Source: Marsupella aquatica
Lineage: Eukaryota > Plantae > Marchantiophyta
Length of the DNA: 64,000 bases
Reading direction: 5' to 3'
NCBI GenBank assembly: GCA_973895155.1
Contig: OZ316891.1
Location: 19,059,048 to 19,123,047 of the forward strand
The translations under genes were made by a program, and so were the position numbers. Positions 37,263 to 50,155 of the stretch are shown in pieces. The stretch's first letter is position 1; every line of letters begins with the position of its first letter. The notes beneath the pieces were generated by a model, which saw only the letters and a list, made by a program, of their open reading frames with translations, was not told the origin of the DNA and ran no database searches.

Positions 37263-40200
37263 ATGTCGACTCCAATACCATCTTTAGGGAACAAAACCCC
37301 GGAGCAGCTCAGGGTCGCAGAACTCAGGGAAGAGCTTAAAAAACGAGGAATTAACATCAAGGGCCTAAAAAAGGATTTGGTTGAAAGGTTGGATGAAATT
37401 CTGCGCCAGGAAGCAGCAGAGGCGGCCGATAATGAGACCAAGAAGTCTCCCAGTCCCGAGCGGGTCAGCGATAAAGACGAAGAAACTCCCGCTTCTCCTG
37501 CAGTTGTCTTTGAAGCTGTCACGCAACCACCAGGAGAAGAGGACGCTGCAGGTAAAGTGGTTGACCTCAGCCTCGATGTGGGTGAGGTCGAACCCAGCAG
37601 TGAGCCCTTGCATGGAGGGGATGATCTCAAGACAGGAATCGTTGACCCCATACTCAGTGTGCCGGTCCCAGAGGAGGATGATCTCTCTAAAGGCAAGGGA
37701 AGCGAAGTGGCCACATCTCTGGTGGCTTTTGCAGAGCCAGAAGTTGTTGCGAAAGGGGAGCCTGTTTTCGTCGGGCCAGTTCGCTCTCTGACGGCTGAAT
37801 CTATTTCTTCTCCGAACCTTGATGAACTCCCAAGCATAGAGCCAGAAAGCGCTCCACCGGTCGAGGTCACGGATGAGAGCAACAAGACCTTTGTGGATGA
37901 AGGCAAATTGGAGTTTGAGGACACAAGAGATGAGAATCTTGACTCTGGCAAGTTAATAGAGGCTGACGGCGTAGTAGAAGCAGAGCCTGAAGCCATCAAA
38001 TTTCCTGAAGTGGAAGTGCAGGACGAGGCCGAGCAATTGAAGTCACATTATGGCTCTGGTCCAACGTCCTCCACAGACGCTGTGATCATTGAGGCTTCAG
38101 AAGCAGAAGAGGTCCGAACAGAGACTGCAGTTCTGTCAGAGGGACTTCGGTCGACAGCATACGGGGAAAGAGATGCCGAGGAGGAGTCTGTTGTGGCAGA
38201 GACTGGAGGAGACTTAATGACAACTGAGACTGTGACCGTAGAGACGGTTTCTGTCGTCACAGAGACCACGGTCGTGACCACGGAGACAGTTGTCGTGAAT
38301 GAGATTGAGGCAGACCTGTCCACGGTTGAGGGCGATCGCGAGGGATCGTTCACTCAGAGGAGTTCCGACGCAGGAACTTTGAGTAATGAGGGGAGGGTGG
38401 CAGAGGAAGCCTTACTGCAAAACAGAGATCAAGACGAAGGAATGGAGGTAGAGCAAGATAAGGCCAAAGACTCCAAGCCCATGGAGATTGACTCCGACAG
38501 TTTGACAGGAGTGAAGCGGAAAGATGGAGGTGGTTTCTTGGTTCCCGGTTTTCTATTACGTTATCTTGTCTGGCCATCCTATCTACTTTCTAGTGGTGAT
38601 AATTCCTTTGGTGGCATGTAAACATCCCAAGCGAACGAATAGTAATGTTGAGAAATGGCCCGCGTTTACAAGTACGATGCAGGGTGAAATCCTCGGCTGC
38701 TCTTAACCATATGTTCATTGTGAGATGGATATAATTTTCGTAGTTTGTGAGCTCTGTTGTTGCAACCAAGTATAGGAAGTGTGTTGTACACTCGATAAAG
38801 TGCTGAGTCCTTTTTGGTGTTTCTGCAGAGGAACTAAGACAGCAAGAGCCTGCCAAAAGGCAGAGGCGCTGGAATTCTGATAAGAGTCTTGGAGCTAGCG
38901 CAGATGTAACTTCACCTCCTCAAGTGAATACAACTGACACTTTGAAGGAAGCAGTCGCGCCTGCTGCCCGTGACATACCTCAGAAACCTGTGGCACCGTC
39001 TCCATCCACTACGTCGTCATCTACACCCAAGGCTTCTGCAGCGTCTACCAGCTTTGATAAGCCGGCACCTTCCAGGACTATTCTGTCAAGAACTGATATT
39101 GCGGTTAACGGTGACGCAGACAAGAAACGAGTGGGTGGGTTCCTCTAACCGTGACGATGTAGCCGAGTTTTCTCTTATCGTACAATCTGTTCTGTGATCC
39201 GACCATGACCTAGATTTGTTTTCTATGTGGTGGTTTTGCTCTACACTTGGCAAGGTTGAATGGGACATGACATGAGAGTTTCAATGTGTTTGGACGCAGT
39301 TCCTCCTCCCACAAGAAGTCCAACGGTTGCTCTAAAGATTGACAGATTCGTCAGGCCTTTCACAATCAAGGCCGTGAAAGAACTTTTGCAACAAACTGGA
39401 ACAGTGAAACACATGTGGATGGATCAAATAAAGACCCATTGCTTCGTGACGGTAAGACTCCCTTATATGATTTGCACAATCTTCTTGCTAGGCAGCTGTG
39501 TGTTTCCTTAGTAGTGGGAGGCGCTTTTTCTGCTTCGATTATGTTTTATTAAATTCCCTGACTTTGATTGCCAGCAGTGGTTCCAGAGTATCTTCATTTG
39601 AAAGCCGATCATCGCTACCCCGGATTCTGCCTGTTGTTCATGACTTAACATTCCACTTGTGCTCAATGCAGTATTCTTCTGTAGAGGAGGCAACTGCAAC
39701 GAGGAACTCCCTTTATCACCTGCAATGGCCTGTGGCTGGAGGGAAATTGCTTATTGCTGAATTTGTGGAACCTGAAGAGGTAATGGCACGAGTTGAAGGT
39801 ACGAACGATAAGCCGGTTCCTACACCTGTAACGACGCCACGTGGCTCCGCAAACAGCTCAACGCAAGTGGCAGGCGTTATGGGGATAACTCCTCCTGCGG
39901 CACACATCCCCACCAGTGCTCTTCCGCCCCCACCACCGCTTCCACCACCTCCAAGAGAGAGGCCAGCACTGCCACCAAAGAAAGGTAAAGGTTGGCTTAG
40001 GATGTTGAAATTAACGTTGGTGTTGAAGAAGTCAATGATGTACGAAAGCAGCATAAGAATCTAATTAATTGCTTAGCTGATATCAGATGTACCATCCTTC
40101 CCGCTTCTTGCTGAATTCCCCAGAAATTCCCATATGAAACTCTTCGACTCCAAAAATCTAAGTTCAAGATTGATCATCCAACTACTGTCTCAGTAGAGCT

Positions 40201-40525
40201 TGTCTAACCGGTTCAGAAATTCTTTCTCAAGGTCATAGTGTTCTCAGGGCAGTATGGAGTAATGTAGAGTTATTTAATTCAAAGTAGAATTTTGTAACCG
40301 TGATTGTTTCTGGCAAAATTTGTGAATATTGCATGGGCCCTTGTTCTAGTTACTCATTTTTTTCCGTCTTTTTTTACAGAGCCAGAAGCAATCCCAACGC
40401 TGGATGATCTTTTCAAGAAAACACGGACTAAACCGCAAATCTACTTTCTTCCTCTGACGGAGGAACAAGTAGCAGATAACGTGAGGAACAAGCAACCAGT
40501 CGGGAAAGCCCCTGTAAAGGCTTGA
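37263..40525 (+). CDS. ACINUS: ACINUS-like splicing/EJC-associated protein, about 727 aa; exons 37263-38529, 38829-39134, 39300-39451, 39672-39984, 40380-40525
   Basis: SAP domain LRVAELREELKKRGINIKGLKKDLVERLDE; long acidic region; EPAKRQRRWNS; RRM ALKIDRFVRPFTIKAVKELL...WMDQIKTHCFVT|YSSVEEATATRNSLYHLQWPVAGGKLLIAEFV; RSB motif TLDDLFKKTRTKPQIYFLPL. Splice phases are consistent (2184 nt). Confidence 0.95.
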
Positions 40526-41741
40526 AGCTCCGGAAGCTCTCCCTTGTTTTTGTGAATGACCGTTACATTCTGAGTTCCTATTGCCCATGTTTTTGGGTAC
40601 AGCAGTCTGACTTTTACCGGAGTGTCATAGAGGTTGTTGTCTTGTTGTCTTAAGGAGATTGTTATAGCCAAATTGGAAGGAGAGGTTTCTGGTTTTGTAT
40701 TTAAGACTTAAGTCTATCAAATTTGAAATCTGTGGGTCTTGGGACTTGTTGCCTTTGGGAGTGATACATGTGCTGTCCCTGTTCGCATTGCCCCTTGGCA
40801 CCAGGGGTCCGCATGGCCATGACAGGCAGTGCCGAATGATGACATGCCCACTTCTCTGTCCTGGAAAGGTTATAGTCAGGGATTGAATATTGTGGCAGCG
40901 GAATTTCAATTTCATTGAATTTCTTGTCTTCCATTCTTCAGAAATTGAGAATCCATGTATTTTTTTGCGATATTTGGTCAGGGGTGTTTATTAGCTGATG
41001 GCTCCGTGGAAGCGGTTTGCATGATTGTCTTCTTGGGTATGGATCAAGGTAGTCCAGGTTTGGTCATAGATATTTATCTTGGTAATGACTCAAACCTGAA
41101 GGATATACGGCCCCTGGAAAGGTTTCTGAGCTGTACTCTTTTCATTCTGGTTCGTATTGACGTTTTGGATTTTCCGACGTCTGATATCGAATAGTATTGC
41201 TGAGCAAAAGTTTTTCCTTCTGCTCGTCAAACCTCTGCAGTTGGCCTTAGTAGGATTGTTAGACGAGGTGCTTCTGCTGAGCAAAGAGTCTTCGTTTGTT
41301 GTGTCCGTACCGGTTATTGACAAATTTGATCCATTAACATCCAGTCTCGCTAACAATGCTGATCTAGGCCAGTGGAGATGCTTTAAAGCGCTATGAAATT
41401 ATCCACAGTGGGTGTCTCATGACCTTCCCCGGCCCTGATATGAGTGTCTTGGCAAGAGTGGACTTGTATCCCACTCCATGGCTATTCAGCCCGAAAAGAA
41501 GGAAGTCGGGCTGAATTAATCGTTACGGCCCAATTAATCGTTACTCCTGGCATCTGGCTCTCCTTTTGCCAACTGGAGAAGTTTTTCCATCCTTACCCAA
41601 ATCATGCCCCATAATGTTACTTGTAATTGTTTTGTATGGCCTAGGTCTAGAGTGAAGCCTGTAGACCAGAAAAGCCTGTCTGGCTTACTTGACTTTGGGG
41701 GTGCAGGGGACGGGGACAATATGGCCTATGTATGAACGGAA

Positions 41742-41863
41742 ACTGTCTGGGTGGTCAAGGGAATGCCTACAAATCATGAAAGAGTGTCGATCGTAGGGCT
41801 AACTCTGTCTGGGTGGTCAAGGGAATGCCTACAAATCATGAAGGAGTGTCGATCGTAGGGCTA
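41742..41863. repeat. About 62-bp tandem duplication
   Basis: CTGTCTGGGTGGTCAAGGGAATGCCTACAAATCATGAA.GAGTGTCGATCGTAGGGCTAA twice. Confidence 0.9.
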
Positions 41864-42994
41864 ATTTTCTTGCAAGTCTTTTTGTACTCACCTATGCCTC
41901 GCCTCGGTCCTATGTTTCGCCTTGGGCTCTCAATTTTGGGGGTGCAGGGAATGGGGACAAATCCTACATGAGTGTCAATTACGGGTCACTCAAATTTGGG
42001 AGTGAAGGGAATGGGGACAAATCAGAAATGAGTTTACATAATGGGCGTCAATAATAAGGTTTTTTCCTTGCAAGGGAAGTCAGGCTAGTTGTTCAGATTT
42101 TGGATAGGGCCTGAGCCCGGTTACATGTCGGCCTGAACGCCATGTACAATCACTCAATGGTCAATCATGTCTGGTGGGTGAGGAATTACAGTTTCTCTTT
42201 GAGACGGGGTGAGGCAGGGAGTTGTCGAACTTGCATCTTCAGTTGCTTGGAATTGATCGGGCCTTCCCTGCTGCTCTTGTCAAGTGCACATCATGTCGGA
42301 GTGTCTCTCCATTGCAAGTATCTTACAATGTCTCGAACGCAGAACGTATTCACATGTGAGTCTTATTGCCCTATGCCCCCATACATATGCCACTCATCCA
42401 ACGAGCGACTCTCACTACAACAGGAATGGTGGTGCGTTTAGCAAGGTTGGCTTGGAAAGAAAATGAAATCTCAGAGACAACAGCATAGACAAATGATATA
42501 TGTGTAGAAGCTGGCAGGTCTGAATTCACGTTGGAGTCTTATTGCTCTATGCCCCATACATATGCCACTTATCCAACGAGCGACTTCCACTACAGCAGGC
42601 ACAGTGGTGCCTTCAGTTAAGGTTGGCTTGGAAAAAAAAACAAATCTCAGAGACAGTAGTGTAGACAATTATATCTGTACAGAAGCTGGCCGGTTTACAG
42701 GCCGGAAGTATTGACTGAAATTCCACTTTGAGACGATCATTGTCCACAGATATTCACGCAGAATCGATAATTGAACATCTTTCAGATTAGAAAATACTAG
42801 CCCACTCTTTGGAAGTAAAAACCATACATCTTTCAGAATAGAAAATGCTAGCCTGATTGCACATTCTTTGAAAACAAATAGAGGTGAGAAAGTAAAAATC
42901 TAACATCTTTCAGATTAAACGCTAGCCTGAGTGCACATTGTCTTACACGAAAACAGATTCCCTACTGTCAACTGGTCATGTTCAAATGTAGTCC

Positions 42995-43690
42995 AATGGC
43001 TTGCCTCCAATCCCTGGTTCCACCTGCATCGTCACCTTGAATTATGCCCCAGAGCCAATGGCTTGCCCCCAATCCCTGTTTGCATGCACCCTCACCTTGA
43101 GTTATGCCCATAAGTAGATGACTAGCCTCCAATCCCTGTCTGCTTAAATGTTTTCCAATGACTTGCCCCCAATCCTTCTTTGCCCTCACCTTAAGTTATG
43201 CCCCAGAGTAGATGACTAGCCTCTATTTCGTCTTTCCCTAAAGCACAACTGTCCTTCAAAAGCTACCGGTTACTCATAGTTATCATTAAAAGAAAATTTT
43301 TCCTGAAATTGTGGAAAAAACTGGCATGCTAGAGAATAAGAGTGATTGAAATATGGAAAAAGAGGGAGGTCTTGGACACTTCCCCTTATATAGGGGAAGT
43401 TGTGATTGAAGTATTTCCAAATGACTTGTCCCCAATCCCTGTTTTCCGCCAGCACCCTCAGCTTGAGTTATGCCCCAAAGCTTGCCCCCAATCTTTGTTT
43501 GCCCTTACCTTAAGTTATGGCCCAGAGTAGATGACTAGCCTCCACTCCGTGTTTCCTTAAGTATTTTCGAATGACTTGTCCCCAATCCCTGTTTTCCGCC
43601 AGCACCCTCAGCTTGAGTTATGCCCCAAAGCCAATGACTTGCCTCCAATCCCTGTTTGCCTGCACCCTCACCTTCAGTTATGAGTCACGC
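42995..43690. repeat. Two blocks of a degenerate 55-60-bp minisatellite (about 42995-43225 and 43420-43690)
   Basis: Recurring AATG(G/A)CTTG.C.CCAATCCCTGTT...CACCCTCA.CTTGAGTTATGCCCCA. Confidence 0.85.
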
Positions 43691-43785
43691 TCTAGAGGAG
43701 GCTTCAGTTATGGGTCAAGCTCTAGAGGCTTAACAGTAGGCGAGAGTAGCTTTTCGATCCAGATTAGTATACAGCACTGAGCACT

Positions 43786-45473
43786 CTAATAAGCACTCTT
43801 GGAGGCTGCCCACGTCCCTGGATACTTGTTTGCGTCCTCTAGAATGTTCTTTCTCAAGGTACTACTTATAAACCCAGTAAGCTTTTGAATGACTGAACTG
43901 TCAATAGTTTCTGCCTTACAAACGGTGAAATGATTTGCTGATTGGTTGGTGTAATAATTAGATTGATCGATGTCACATCGAGCGGATGCGTCTTCAACAA
44001 CTACTTTTCTGAACACAAAACATGTGTACGGTGCCTGCATTGACGAACGAAAATCACGTTACGGGACGGCCAGCACTATCATCATGAAAAAACTCCCATA
44101 CGGGTGAAAAGTTCGGATGAATCATATTCCCCAAATTGAGGACCAAAAGCTTGACAAGTCCTCAATTTGGGGAATATCAATCAGTGGATGGATCCATCAA
44201 TCAGTGAAAATTTAGTTTGATCTTTACTCTTCAAATGAGGAACCAAGCACTTGAAACAGAAAGGTCGAGAGATCATACCCGCGCCGAGATTGCTGCGGTA
44301 TAGCCTGAACTCCTCGTTGATCCTTGTTCGGTGGGTATCCAGAGTCTTGAGGAGTCCTAGAATCGGACTTGTGAATGGCAGCCGAGATGCCAAGTCTGCT
44401 ATCCTGGAGCCTTGATGGGGAGTAGCGTAGTAGAACACGCCTCTGAAGTTTGCAAGAAACGCTTCAACTCTGGAACTGTCTCGCGGTTTCATTGTAGTTT
44501 GCTTCTGAAATGCAGAGATGATGAGTTGCTTAATGACTAATCCTCCGAGACTGTGACCCACAAAAAACACTGGGCGAACTATGCCGATGTCGAGATCTTC
44601 ACTCATAATGATGTCACTAACCAAGTTTTCTCCCAAGGCATACATATCCAGTTGACCTTCACTTTGTTGTGCAGAAGAATCATAAGAGACGGAGAATATC
44701 CGAGCCTTCGGGTACTTCTTGGGGAGCCAGTCTCTTGGCCAGATCACACTTTCGTCCTTCCTAGCCAGCCAAGTCTTCCAAAATGCATTTCTGAAGTCTC
44801 TCAATTGTAGACCATGAAAAAATATAATGTCCATCTCAATTTTCCCTTCAGGTGGAGAATACAGTTTATACACATAGTCGTTAAGCTGCAGATTCAGCAC
44901 GAGAAAGACATTTATCAGTAGAAGTTAGTGAAAATAGACGAGTAAGACATTTTCAAAATACGTGAATCCTATATGTTGAGAAAGAGCCCTTCGACACGGG
45001 ACTCCCGGATCAATGTGCTCAAAATCTCAAAATTGAGATGGATGCGATAGTGAATAAACTTCACCGTATTACAACTGAAGCAAGCTTGTTAGATATTTGA
45101 GCAAGCTTCACGACATGTTGCAATCATGTTTTATTTAAAATTTTGAGAAAGGCTTTAAGAGCGAAAATTGAGATGGAACTTGGAGACTGCGCTAAGTCTG
45201 CTATAGAGAGATTTAGAACACAACAGGAAGCAAACTCGTTTTGGAAAATTTTGGCATTCTTAGAGCAGGATATGAATCAACGATGCGTTGATTTATAACA
45301 GTCAGCGCATACAAAAGACTCCAATCCTCCATAGCAAACTGATTTCAGCGATCACTAACCTTGCTTATGCCTTCAGGTAGCTTGACCTCTGAGGAGTCTT
45401 CTTCGCCATCGGGTGAACTGCCGGGGATCGTGATCGTCAGACCCAGCGCTGCAGTCGGTGAGGAATCATGCAT
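43786..45473 (-). CDS. Stand-alone alpha/beta-hydrolase (SERAC1/DUF676-like; the type found N-terminal to NB-ARC in liverwort hydrolase-NLRs); exons 45473-45360, 44885-about 44280, 44034-43786; last junction unresolved
   Basis: DIIFFHGLQ..AFWKTW..IWPRDWLPKKYPKARIFSVSYDSSA; nucleophile elbow FVGHSLGGLVIK; GVFYYATPHQGS; last exon VVEDASAR..ANHFTVCK then stop. The exon 1-2 junction is clean phase 0. Confidence 0.8.
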
Positions 45474-45767
45474 TGATTAGTGCCATCCTGAATTCCAGCT
45501 CGAGGAGAGAATTCAACAACTATGTTGCTAGAGTTCCGGCTGAAACCAATTCAATAGACGATCGAATTGTCAACTGGTAACATATGTCAAAACATCTGGT
45601 ACAGTCTATTTTCTTATCATTTCAAGCACTACTAGAACGGTGTCGTTAAGCCACCACCAGATTTTCATTCAGATCCACCTCTAGGGTGGTCAACCTGCTC
45701 CATCTTTTGAAGAAAGTAACTAAATATGGGCAAACCTGGGTCCACGACGTACAAACTAGGGATGTCA

Positions 45768-45770
<3 letters not shown>

Positions 45771-45842
<72 letters not shown>
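45771..45842. repeat. (GA)n microsatellite, about 36 units
   Basis: Uninterrupted GA run. Confidence 0.98.
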
Positions 45843-45847
<5 letters not shown>

Positions 45848-47357
45848 TCCAACACAGACAAGAGAAAGATGTCTGCCGTCGTAATTAGCACAATCATGAT
45901 CGAAGAACCTGTCACCACCAGCTTACCTTTCAAAACAAAAATCAAAACGACGACAATCACAACTGTGAACGTCCATAGCACACGATCACTCCCGGGATCA
46001 CTCCCCGACCCCATGCCTCCCCAACCTCGGATGAATGTCGTGACCTCCCTCGGAACTCTCGCGAGCACGACGTCCCCGACTCTAGCAGGCACGAATCCGT
46101 CCATGTCCAATCGACCCAAGTGCTGTAGCTGAGCGAGAAGATGTGGTATTCGTTGTCACGAGGTCCTAGACTCCTTATGCAAAACTCCTGTCAACCTTTT
46201 TCCACTACATTGTCAACAGTCCTAGAACAAAACAAAGTTGAAGCTCAGATTTCCAGGATTTGACAAAAAAAGTTCGCTTCAATCCGCCATCGTTGTAGGA
46301 TTCTGATGCTATGAAGTCGAGACCATCGACGTATCGTGCTTCATAACTACACCGAAACCAGTCCTGTCAACCTCTTGCACTAACTTGTCGACAGTATGAC
46401 GAAGATTTGAAGTTCTGACTTCCAGGATTTGACGAAGGAAAGTCGGCTTCAAATACGTCATTGTTGAGAAATACTGATCCTATGAAGTGGTGGGCAACGA
46501 CACTTCGTGCTTCACAACTTCACAACTTCACTGAAAGCCGTCCTCCATCGAAAGCGCGTAAAAGTCAGAGTCCGAGGTGGCACTTGGCATACCGAAAACA
46601 CGGGAAACTACTGTGGATTCCTTGACTTCTGACCAAATTTTTGTTTTCTTCGCGAGCGTCCCTGCCGAGCAAGTCCTAGGGGATTTGTGGCAATTTTATA
46701 ATAATTTATTGCATGTTGGCGAAGATGCCTCGAAAGGCTGCCAAGAGCGAGAGAGTTCACGACTGACACCACTGTTGAAAACTTCTGAAGTCCTGCTTCA
46801 TAACTTCACCGAAACCAGTCCCCATCGAAAGCTCGCAAATTCAGATTCCGAGGTAGCACGCAGCGTACCAAAAACATGGGAAAGTATGGAGAGTTTACGA
46901 CTGACCAGGCGATGCACTGCATGTGCTTCTTCGCTCAACAAATACTTCCCAAAGCTACATATGGGGTTGTCGACAATTGTATAGGTTCACAAAATGACGA
47001 AGAGAGTGGACTTCTCTTGGCAACTCTCCCGCAAAGCTTCAAGCAGCTGTGGACAGTTGTCCATGTTCACCACAACAACAAAGCTGTGGACAGTTGTCCA
47101 TGTTCACCAAAACAACAAAATTTCAGGGGAATGACAGCATGCGGCGGAATAATACAATGTCAATAGAATCTAAATCTTTGTAGGGTCCGGAATAGTCAAA
47201 ACAACAAGAATAGTGGAGTGGATGAAAGCTCAAGACGACCTGTCGCTAGAGCCAACATAATACACTACCTCCAGAATACACGGCCGAGATTAGCCAAACC
47301 TTTGAGAACAGTGGAGGTGGATGAAGGCTCAAGATGACACTCTAGAGCTACAGCCAA

Positions 47358-47627
47358 TTTACAACTATAATAAGGGATAATAAGGGATCTTGCAGTTAAA
47401 GTTTTTAGTCCTTGGTCTCAATACAAAAAAGTTCATGGGCGGGAAAGATACACAATGGTTGCACTTGTTTGGCTCTTGTTTGGCTGTTTTCCTGATCATT
47501 GATGAAAGAAATTAATGGGGCACCCCTGGTGCATATGTGTTTCTACACTCTGCCCCGTAAATGCCCCGGCCCGACTCCCTATGGGCCGGCCCTCCTTGCA
47601 CCGTGCAACCCACGGGCACAGGGCTTG
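47358..47627 (+). mobile_element. Non-autonomous Helitron, 270 bp
   Basis: 5' A|TTTACAACTATAATAAG; 3' hairpin CCGTGCAACCCACGG followed by GCACAGGGCTTG|T; both termini shared with 60901-61334. Confidence 0.7.
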
Positions 47628-48126
47628 TCAGTAGGATTTAGAATAATACAATGCGCCTAGAATCTATGGTCCAGCTTACTCTAGAGTGGAAGGCTCAAGC
47701 TAAAAAAAATGCACTCTAGCTTGCCCTCCAGGTTGGCAGGACCTTCACAACTTTGAATCTATATTTCCCTTTCCACGCATCGACAGTAGGCAACTTGAAT
47801 GTTGTCCGCTCTGTTAAAAAATAGCTCAAAACTTTGAGGTGGGGTCTCCTTGACAAAAGAGTACAACAATTAAGTTGTCTCATAATAGAGAAATCCTACT
47901 GTAGCCATAATTTTAGCCCTCCCCTCACATTCCTAGATTGAGGCTCCTGCGAAACCCCACTACAACTGCATGCCGTGGGGTCCCAAATTAAATGAGGGTT
48001 GCCTAGATCCATCGGCTTAGCTGTTATTAATATCAAAATTATCCTCTTTATATAGTCCTAAAGAATCCATTAAGGTCGTTTGGGTGATTTTTTTGTTTTT
48101 TTAAGGCTTTAGGCTACTTCCACGTT

Positions 48127-48470
48127 TGTTAAGGATTGCTCTTAGTTTTGTGACTCAAAGGTTACGATAATTAGGTTGACCTCAGTTAGGGACTTAGCTG
48201 AGGTTAGGTTAGTTGTGTGTAACCTTGAATATACTAGGGCTAATGTAAGCTATTGGTATGTGGTGCTTGCTCATTGTAACAAAACAACTTGAGGAAGAGA
48301 GGGAGCTTGTGTGTCGACTACTCTGAAGTAAAGTTGGAGTGCTCGTGTGAACGTAGCCTTGGAGAAGAGGTGAACCACATATGGATTGTGTCGACTACGT
48401 GAGCATGGTATGAGTCATGATTGTATCGTCATGATTGTATCGTCATGAAGGAAGACATTATAGTTCAACA
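48127..48470 (+). mobile_element. Solo LTR (344 bp) of a copia family related to the 53033-59261 element
   Basis: TGTTAA...TCAACA ends; 5-bp TSD ACGTT at 48122-48126 and 48471-48475; shares CGTAGCCT..GAGGTGAACCAC.TAT..TTGTGTCGACTAC with the reverse complement of the copia LTR. Confidence 0.9.
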
Positions 48471-50155
48471 ACGTTAGCATTTTTGGCCTTGATTATTTTC
48501 CATTAAATTAGACCTTATTTTTATACAGTCCGCATACAATCAGGATTACACATAGTCGTGGGAGCGTCCTACAGCTCATCCCGCGTGGAGCTTTCCAACT
48601 CACCCACGGCAAGCTTTCCAGCTCATCCCAAGGGCAACATCTAGATCCGCAGCCATGCTCGCATGAGATTAGAAGGATTTGAATAATCAACAGGAGAAAT
48701 TCTGACAGTGCGGACCAAACTTTATTCATATAATTCTGTCAAAAACATGTTGGATGCTCTTCATGAACAATCGAGTTCCATCAGCCTTCATTGATCAATG
48801 AATACTAGTCCTAAATTCTACTCTAATATGCAAAACTGTCAAAAATGACATGTTGCTGAACCAAAAACACATCTGAACATTCTAATGTCCTTACCAACTA
48901 AAATCACTTTCAATTAGATTGATGTCTCATTAGCATGCAACTACAGTGTCAAAAGCTGACTCTATTACAATGCTATCACAATCTTACTATTGAGCCGCAA
49001 CTACGTGTGTTGCTCATATACAGACTTAATTTGTTAGCTTGCATTGCCTTTTTGTGGGCTTTGACAGTGCCGTTGTTCAAAGAACTGATGTGTCCCAACA
49101 CTACAAAAATTGGATTGATCACATTTTGTGGCCTTGAAGTACAAGCATCCCAATCCCTGAGATCGTCTCAGTCTTCTCAATTCACATGAGCACCCCATGT
49201 ATGCAAATTACTCATGCTTGATAGAACTTCAACTCCGATACCATTGCCACAGAGAATAGGAGTTGGATGCTCATCAATAAATGGCAAGTGACTCCGATTC
49301 AAGTGCAATTTTTGGCCCCTCTTACATTTAAACATCATAGACATTACAATGCTCACATAATGGACAATAGTTGCATTCAATCAGCAAATTCAGCTACTAC
49401 CTGCATCACTGAGTCCATCAACGGGATGATGCTCTCATTGATTGTAGTATCCTTCATTCGTCAGACCCACTGAACATGCTACTGGTCAAGTCTGCACATG
49501 CACAGCCCAGAGAGTAATTTTGCACAAAGACACAAAATAACTTAGACCATTGCATAACCAAAAAATCAATGACAAATTAAGCAGGAAAGGGCTTTCACCA
49601 TGTTGCCCTTTGCTCTTCTTTAAAGGTGAGATATCGTCTTTGTCCTCAATCCCTGAAACAACTTTGTTCTTGAATAACTCTGTCTCCTCCTTGATAGTCA
49701 TACCGTCAGCACTCCCTTTGCCAGCGCACTGTTGAGCTACTCTCACTTGAGCATTGAGTGATTTGTCATATCTGTTGTATGCACCCTGGATTTTGTGGCC
49801 ATTGACACATATACTGATGGGTGCAAGGATGCCCTCAGATGCCATGCGAGTGATGCACGTGGTGCAACCAGATTTATTGGACACAACATTGGTTAGTAGG
49901 TCACATTCCTTATGAATTTCTTTCATGCAGCCTGTAAGTCATTTGGCTGACACACAAATGTGGAATACCATGCATGCATCCTTGCATTATCGATGCATTG
50001 GTAGAAGAAGAAAGTACTTGACACTGGTAGATGCTGAATTAACGCATGCAAAGTACTAACCATGCCTGGATAGTGTTCAGTCACTATGGGTCTAAAATGC
50101 TCATCCTCGTACCGATCCGAAAGAACCTTGTAGTTTTTAGAGAGACGCTCATCAT

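Noticed and set aside
37229-38353. Long antisense ORFs of 256 and 101 aa
   Set aside because: Shadows of the acidic ACINUS exon.
7695-40525. ALY and ACINUS, both mRNP/EJC-associated, within 30 kb as a functional cluster
   Set aside because: Separated by TE nests and an unrelated gene; no evidence of co-regulation without synteny data.
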